From: Candidatus Cloacimonadales bacterium
GTDB taxonomy: Bacteria; Cloacimonadota; Cloacimonadia; Cloacimonadales; JAIOQZ01
Length of the DNA: 64,000 nt
Assembly: GCA_963665815.1 (NCBI GenBank)
Contig: OY762463.1
Location: forward strand, 2,560,001 to 2,624,000
Reading direction: 5' to 3'
The position numbers and the translations under genes are program-made. Below are positions 58,588-64,000 of the stretch, piece after piece (positions within the stretch are counted from its first letter, which is position 1; every line of letters starts with the position of its first letter). The notes beneath the pieces were generated by a model. That model did no database searches. It saw nothing but the letters and a program-made list of their open reading frames with translations, and was not told where the DNA came from.

Positions 58588-59772
58588 ATGAAAAAGAGCA
58601 TGTTGCAGCTGTTATCTTTTATGGTATTAAACTCATATGGAGATATGATGACTTATATTTCTACAAGAAAGACTTACAATAAGTTCTGTACTGACAGTAA
58701 AGCTGCCGGTTTAGCCGGTATCCAGAATTTTAACAATGCCTCAGGATCAACATTATTCAAAAATCCTGCAGGGTTAGCATTAGTCAAGATGGGACAAATA
58801 GGAGTTGATTTTAATTTTGAAAGTGCAGCTATTGAGTCAGAAGACCAATATACTGAAAATCTTGAATATAATCCATCCTATGAGTTTGGCGCTGTGTATG
58901 GGCTTTTTCCTGTATCGATTTCCGGAAGAGAATTCAGTTTCGGAGTTGGATACAATAACCTGTTTCATACAGTTTGTGATATTGAAAATCTTCCCAATTC
59001 CACTGTCGAAAAGAGTGGTGGAATCAACTTTCTTACGTTTGGAACAGGATATAAGCATGGAAATTTTTTTGGTGGATTCAGTTATCATGTGACATGCAAC
59101 TCAGAGGTTGAAACTGAAGAAAAATTATACAATATTGAATACTATTTTAATGATAAGTTCAAATATAAATACGAAGGTGATTTTTTTTCCCTCGGAGCCG
59201 GATATATATTTGATAATTTCATTTTCTCACTCCACTATAAATCTGAGCTAATTTTAGATAGAACTGCAATGCAATCATATAGTGATGATTCTTTTTATCC
59301 AAACTATGAATACTATTCCCCGGAGTTTATTGCTGCAGGTCTACAATATGAGAAAAATAATTTCACATATCTGACTGAAATTGAATACCATGATATTTCA
59401 GAAATTACTATTGATTCTAATTATTCTGTTGAACGTACGGAAAGAGCTCCTTTTCATGAAGAAGATTCAAAATTCAGTTACAGGTTTGGAGTTGAATACT
59501 CGAGCAAGTATACTTATAGAGTAGGTATTGCTCTTAATAATCTGGCAGCTAAAGACTATTGGTATTATCAAGATAAAAAAGCGAATAGTGATTCGAATTA
59601 TGAATATGTGTATAGCGGAGTGATTACTATACCGTATAAAGATATTCTTGAATTGGATTTCGCTATGCAGCTAAGTGACAATACAGAAGTTGCCGATGGA
59701 AAATTATGGTTTTTCAATGCCTACAGTGGTGTAAAAATTTATCTACATGATTTATTTAAGATTAAGATATGA
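58588..59772 (+). CDS. Outer-membrane beta-barrel, FadL/PorV-like
   Basis: LFKNPAGLA motif, alternating aromatic strands; AAGGAGG RBS. Confidence 0.65.
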   Translation: MKKSMLQLLSFMVLNSYGDMMTYISTRKTYNKFCTDSKAAGLAGIQNFNNASGSTLFKNPAGLALVKMGQIGVDFNFESAAIESEDQYTENLEYNPSYEFGAVYGLFPVSISGREFSFGVGYNNLFHTVCDIENLPNSTVEKSGGINFLTFGTGYKHGNFFGGFSYHVTCNSEVETEEKLYNIEYYFNDKFKYKYEGDFFSLGAGYIFDNFIFSLHYKSELILDRTAMQSYSDDSFYPNYEYYSPEFIAAGLQYEKNNFTYLTEIEYHDISEITIDSNYSVERTERAPFHEEDSKFSYRFGVEYSSKYTYRVGIALNNLAAKDYWYYQDKKANSDSNYEYVYSGVITIPYKDILELDFAMQLSDNTEVADGKLWFFNAYSGVKIYLHDLFKIKI

Positions 59773-60806
59773 AGTTTGGGTATATAGACACAGCCTTCCA
59801 CATCTTTTACTATCCCTGGTATGGAAACCCTGAGCATGATGGAGAGTACAGGCAGTGGAATCATAGAATCTTGCCGCACTGGTCAGATAAAACCTGGGAC
59901 GACGCAGGAAGTTATTCCGGTGGAGGTGATATAGGGGCAAACTTCTATCCTCAGTTAGGCTGCTATAGTTCAAATGATCCGGGCATTATTGATAAACACA
60001 TGCAGATGATCAGCAGCACGGGGATTGGAGTAGTAGTTGTTTCATGGTGGGGAGAAGGAAGCTTTGAAGATAAGACTATACCATTACTTCTTGAATCAGC
60101 AATAAAACATAACCTCAGAATAGCTTTTCATATAGAACCGTTTTACTCTAATGTTGATGAGTTTTACGCCTGTCTGGAATACCTGCAGAAATATATGGAG
60201 CACCCGGCAATATTCAAACTGAATGGTAAACCTCTGCACTATATATATGATTCATATAAAATAGAACCGGATGAATGGGAAAGAATTCTTTCGATTGAAG
60301 GTGATTTTTCTGTGCGTAATTCAGTACTTGATGCTGTATTTATTGGACTTTGGGTGGAAGAAGAGGATGGAATCAAGCTATCCAAATCCCATCTCGATGG
60401 GTTTTACACTTATTTTGCGTCAGACGGTTTTGTTTATGGAAGCACCACAAAAAACTGGAAAAGTATGGCAGAATTTGCCAAAAAAAAAGACATGCTGTTT
60501 ATTCCTTGTGCAGGACCGGGATATTCCGATACTCGTATAAGACCATGGAATGCTGAGAATTATAAATCCAGAGACAATGGAAGATATTACAAAGATATGT
60601 TCAGAGCAGCAACTATGGTTAGTCCTGACTTCATTGGTATTACGTCTTTTAATGAATGGCATGAGGGTACACAGGTTGAGCCGGCAATTCCATTTCGTAC
60701 TGGGAGTTATCTTTATGAGGATTATGAGAATAGTGATCCTGAGTTTTACCTTAAAATGACAGGAAAGTTGATCAAGGAAAGTTCGCTGCATTACTGGAGT
60801 AGTTAA
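59769..60806 (+). CDS. Glycoside hydrolase family 99 endo-alpha-mannosidase/mannanase
   Basis: FYYPWYGNP, FYPQLGCYSS.DP, FHIEP, DGFYTYFA, PGYSDTRIRPWN, ITSFNEWHEGTQVEPA. Confidence 0.92.
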   Translation: MKFGYIDTAFHIFYYPWYGNPEHDGEYRQWNHRILPHWSDKTWDDAGSYSGGGDIGANFYPQLGCYSSNDPGIIDKHMQMISSTGIGVVVVSWWGEGSFEDKTIPLLLESAIKHNLRIAFHIEPFYSNVDEFYACLEYLQKYMEHPAIFKLNGKPLHYIYDSYKIEPDEWERILSIEGDFSVRNSVLDAVFIGLWVEEEDGIKLSKSHLDGFYTYFASDGFVYGSTTKNWKSMAEFAKKKDMLFIPCAGPGYSDTRIRPWNAENYKSRDNGRYYKDMFRAATMVSPDFIGITSFNEWHEGTQVEPAIPFRTGSYLYEDYENSDPEFYLKMTGKLIKESSLHYWSS

Positions 60807-60841
60807 AAAAACTCATAAAACTCATATTTTAATGACAGTAG

Positions 60842-61159
<318 letters not shown>

Positions 61160-61182
61160 TCAAACAAATTACATAGATTTTT

Positions 61183-61214
61183 ACACCGTTCCGGCTTCCG
61201 GGACGGTGTTTTTT
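61183..61214 (+). terminator. Intrinsic terminator after gap fragment
   Basis: ACACCGTTCCGG/CCGGGACGGTGT plus T-tract. Confidence 0.85.
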
Positions 61215-61275
61215 GTGTAAAGAACACTTCCTGTAAGACGTTGTTGATGAAATGCCTTGCGAATGTCATTAGACC

Positions 61276-61426
61276 CGTAGATGTTTTCGAAGAAATACAT
61301 CCAGAATTGACGTAGATGTTTTCAACCATTCCAAAGGTGTTCTAGTAAGACAACCGTCCGGTTGTCTCTACGCGGTGTTGGAACAGCAGATAGTTTTCAG
61401 ATGTAGAGACGTTGCATGCAACGTCT
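61276..61426. repeat. Cluster of GTAG-headed REP palindromes
   Basis: GTAGAGACGTTGCATGCAACGTCT (61403-61426), reverse GTAGAGACAACCGGACGGTTGTCT (within 61345-61371), CGTAGATGTTTTC at 61276 and 61311. Confidence 0.75.
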
Positions 61427-61603
61427 AAATATATTCCCGGACTGTATAAGTTCCTCCTGGCAAGAGGAAAGAATTTCGTTTGTAACAACCCAAATCCACG
61501 CATTGCCATTTCATTCCGTTTCTTCTGTATTCTCAATATAGTAAATTAATTAAATACAATAACTAAATCAATTTTTGTGCAAAATAAACAACAGGAGAGA
61601 CAA

Positions 61604-62086
61604 ATGAAAAAAAATATTGTGACAATACTATTCCTTTTAATGGCATTATCTGTTTTCGCTCAGAAAAATATAGGAGTTACCGGCTTTCTGGACAGAGAAT
61701 CAACACAGATTAACGTCTCTGTGAGACCAAACCAAACCGCTGAACTGATTGGAATGTTTGCACTGAATTCCTCTGAAGACCAATATAGCGAAACTAAATT
61801 TGGATTAGCATTAAGAAGATACATCAGATCTGGAAAAATTGAACCATTCGCCGGTGCACACTTTAAAACCATACTGCTTAATATTGATCATGGTGGTGAT
61901 GCTGCAGATTTTGTTGTCGGAGTAAATGGTGGTGCTCAATATGCAATTATGGAAAACTTATATGTAGGTTTCCAGATGGAGTTCAATATGAATATATCTG
62001 ATGATAACTCATTAAGGTTTAATAACCCCGGCAAAAATACCTACAATACATCAGTTTCACCTTTATATATAACAATATACTGGTAG
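61604..62086 (+). CDS. Small outer-membrane beta-barrel protein
   Basis: Signal peptide ..SVFA, amphipathic strands, C-terminal YITIYW; GGAG RBS. Confidence 0.75.
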   Translation: MKKNIVTILFLLMALSVFAQKNIGVTGFLDRESTQINVSVRPNQTAELIGMFALNSSEDQYSETKFGLALRRYIRSGKIEPFAGAHFKTILLNIDHGGDAADFVVGVNGGAQYAIMENLYVGFQMEFNMNISDDNSLRFNNPGKNTYNTSVSPLYITIYW

Positions 62087-62090
62087 ATGT

Positions 62091-62627
62091 ATGAAACATA
62101 TATTTCTAATAGTGATTTCAGCACTGCTTTTCAGTTGTAATAGTAGCGGAGATAAAATTCTGATGCCTCCAACTTCAGCAAACATTGTTAATGGAATCGC
62201 TGTAACAACAGCTTGTGGACCGGAATATACTAAAATAGTCGGGAATCCTCATTATGACAGTGTAATAAGGGGAGTGTATCCAAATCCGTCAAACGGAGAA
62301 TGTATGATTGATTTCAATATGTTTCAAGCCGGTAAGTGCAGGATTTGGATTGAGAATGCTTATCCTAGCGATTTTTTAAATCCACTATTGGGCAACTATT
62401 TTGATATACCTGAAAACAAAGTACGGAATGAAGTAAGATTACTCTGCGACCAAAACTTTAGTAAAGGAATTCATAATGTAGTGTGGCGTGCAATTGATAA
62501 TTATGGTAATACAGTTTCTGAAGGATTCTATAGAGTTTATCTGCAGACTGGGGGTGAAATCCATTTTGCCGATATTCTGATTGCCTGGAACCCAATACCG
62601 GGTATGTCATATGGTGAAGTTTACTAA
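62091..62627 (+). CDS. Lipoprotein with FlgD-Ig/CTD-like domain (paralog of 5603-6178)
   Basis: Lipobox LFSC; YPNPSNG, VVW..D..G..VSEGFYRVYL. Confidence 0.7.
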   Translation: MKHIFLIVISALLFSCNSSGDKILMPPTSANIVNGIAVTTACGPEYTKIVGNPHYDSVIRGVYPNPSNGECMIDFNMFQAGKCRIWIENAYPSDFLNPLLGNYFDIPENKVRNEVRLLCDQNFSKGIHNVVWRAIDNYGNTVSEGFYRVYLQTGGEIHFADILIAWNPIPGMSYGEVY

Positions 62628-62653
62628 TTGTTGTACTTAATGTATAACTATAG

Positions 62654-62685
62654 AAAAAAGCCTGTTGTATTCTCAGCAGGCTTTT
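62654..62685. terminator. Bidirectional intrinsic terminator
   Basis: AAAAAAGCCTGTTG..CAGCAGGCTTTT between convergent genes. Confidence 0.8.
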
Positions 62686-62701
62686 CTGTATAGCTCTTTG
62701 T

Positions 62702-63478
62702 CTATTTCAATTTAATAATATCTTTCACATTCACTTCAGGATGATGATACCTTGTTCTGCCTATAGTTTTTCGTCCAGACTCAATTGCTGCCTGCGGACA
62801 CCAGCTTAGACAAGCATAACAGAACTCACATTTGTTGTGCCAGACTGGTTTACCACTTTCTATCGTAATATTGCTAACAGGACATACTCTGGCACAGAGA
62901 CCGCAGCTATTACACTTATCGGTAACTGAAAACGTCATTGCCATCTTCTGAATCATGATGTAGCCTAATCCGTAGAAAAGCCCCGGATGAATATTTGCCT
63001 CAAAGAAACTGGTATTTGTGTTACCAAAGTGCTTCTTTCTATTCTTGATTATCTCAGCAGCATTTGCGAGGTGTTTATCTGCCTTCGAAAGTAAATCCTT
63101 CTGTTTTTCAACCGGAACAACACCAAAATTTATATAATTTGAAGGTAATGGTATGTTAAAAAGAGCATCCAGTTTTAGTCCGCTTTGTTTGAATGCTTTC
63201 ACAGCTGCTTTGTCACCATTTCCAAGATCGCCTGCACCGGTATACATCATAAACGTGTAATCTGCCTTTTTCAGTTTCTTTATGAATCTTCTGACAATAA
63301 CAGGCATATTATACATGTATATTGGGCAAAGTATTCCGACTGACTCTCCTGAAAAGGATTCTGTACTTATGACTTTCGGGATTGAATAAATTTCACAATC
63401 ATTAATCAGTGCCTTAAGCTTCTTAGCCATGATCAGAGTATTCCCTGTTCCACTGAAGTAAAATATTTTAGTCTTCAT
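62702..63478 (-). CDS. EFR1-family flavodoxin-ferredoxin fusion
   Basis: YFSGTGNT; CNSCGLCARVCP and CEFCYACLSWCP; RYHHP. Confidence 0.9.
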   Translation of the reverse strand: MKTKIFYFSGTGNTLIMAKKLKALINDCEIYSIPKVISTESFSGESVGILCPIYMYNMPVIVRRFIKKLKKADYTFMMYTGAGDLGNGDKAAVKAFKQSGLKLDALFNIPLPSNYINFGVVPVEKQKDLLSKADKHLANAAEIIKNRKKHFGNTNTSFFEANIHPGLFYGLGYIMIQKMAMTFSVTDKCNSCGLCARVCPVSNITIESGKPVWHNKCEFCYACLSWCPQAAIESGRKTIGRTRYHHPEVNVKDIIKLK

Positions 63479-64000
63479 TGCTCTTCTCCTGTACCGGATT
63501 TTTTATACAAAAAAACGACAATAATGCAATCAGATTAATTGCTTCTCATATTTCACAGAGAATAAGAATTAGTTAGATTATGCATAACTCCTGACAAGAA
63601 GAACATTTAACTTGATAAATGTCAATTCTTTTCGTGTTGCTGTAGGGGAATTTTGCTGCGATATGAAATATTAAAAAACAAACCTTATAAATAATTGAAA
63701 ATAAGTTATTTAATGAATGTTTTTGAAAAGAAATCAAGAAAAACACAAATGTGAATATAATAAACTCTGTAATAATGAATTAATATGATGTTTAATATCG
63801 TTATTGATGAAATGCTAAAAGATTTAAAATAAGTGTTTTAATTGACAATTTGAGAACTAATCACTTGTATTGGTATATAAATTTCTTATATTTTCATAAT
63901 AGAGAATAAAAAAATTACAAGAGTAATACTCATGTACTCCGAGCTGTTTTTCCTAAGGCTGTTGCTATGGATTTCAGCCAATGGGTTCACCGGAAACGGC

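Noticed and set aside
61232-61426. Possible CRISPR array
   Set aside because: Repeats are heterogeneous and in both orientations, spacing irregular, no cas genes in window
61342-61536. 64-aa minus-strand ORF
   Set aside because: Runs through REP palindromes; no recognisable domain

Overview
AT-rich bacterial chromosome segment spanning the replication origin. Secreted proteins with FlgD-Ig/T9SS-like C-terminal domains, lpxK and an anaerobic oxygen-defence operon suggest a diderm anaerobe of the FCB group, possibly Cloacimonadota-like (inference). Core content: dnaA flanked by a bipartite oriC (DnaA boxes plus DnaA-trios), parS sites, purH, tRNA-Ser(GGA), panCD, def/fmt/yajC/pgpA/surA, smpB, aroK, rph, dprA, obgE, a perR-mutM-fprA-ferritin-SOR-rubrerythrin-rubredoxin cluster, cobO and lpxK. 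Most unusual items: (1) a ~414-bp non-coding, highly structured element with 12-bp terminal inverted repeats, a 15-bp target duplication and an intrastrand-triplex motif; (2) two small paralogous unknown proteins divergent from a 1307-aa HEAT-repeat protein near the tRNA; (3) a single-chain tandem UvrA2 with four ATPase domains; (4) a chimeric pseudogene joining an outer-membrane-protein N-terminus to a GAPDH C-terminus at a 12-bp microhomology, beside GTAG-type REPs; (5) a secreted, apparently catalytically dead Ntn-amidotransferase/FG-GAP protein; (6) two lipoproteins made only of a CTD-like domain. All calls come from motif recognition; no database searches were run.
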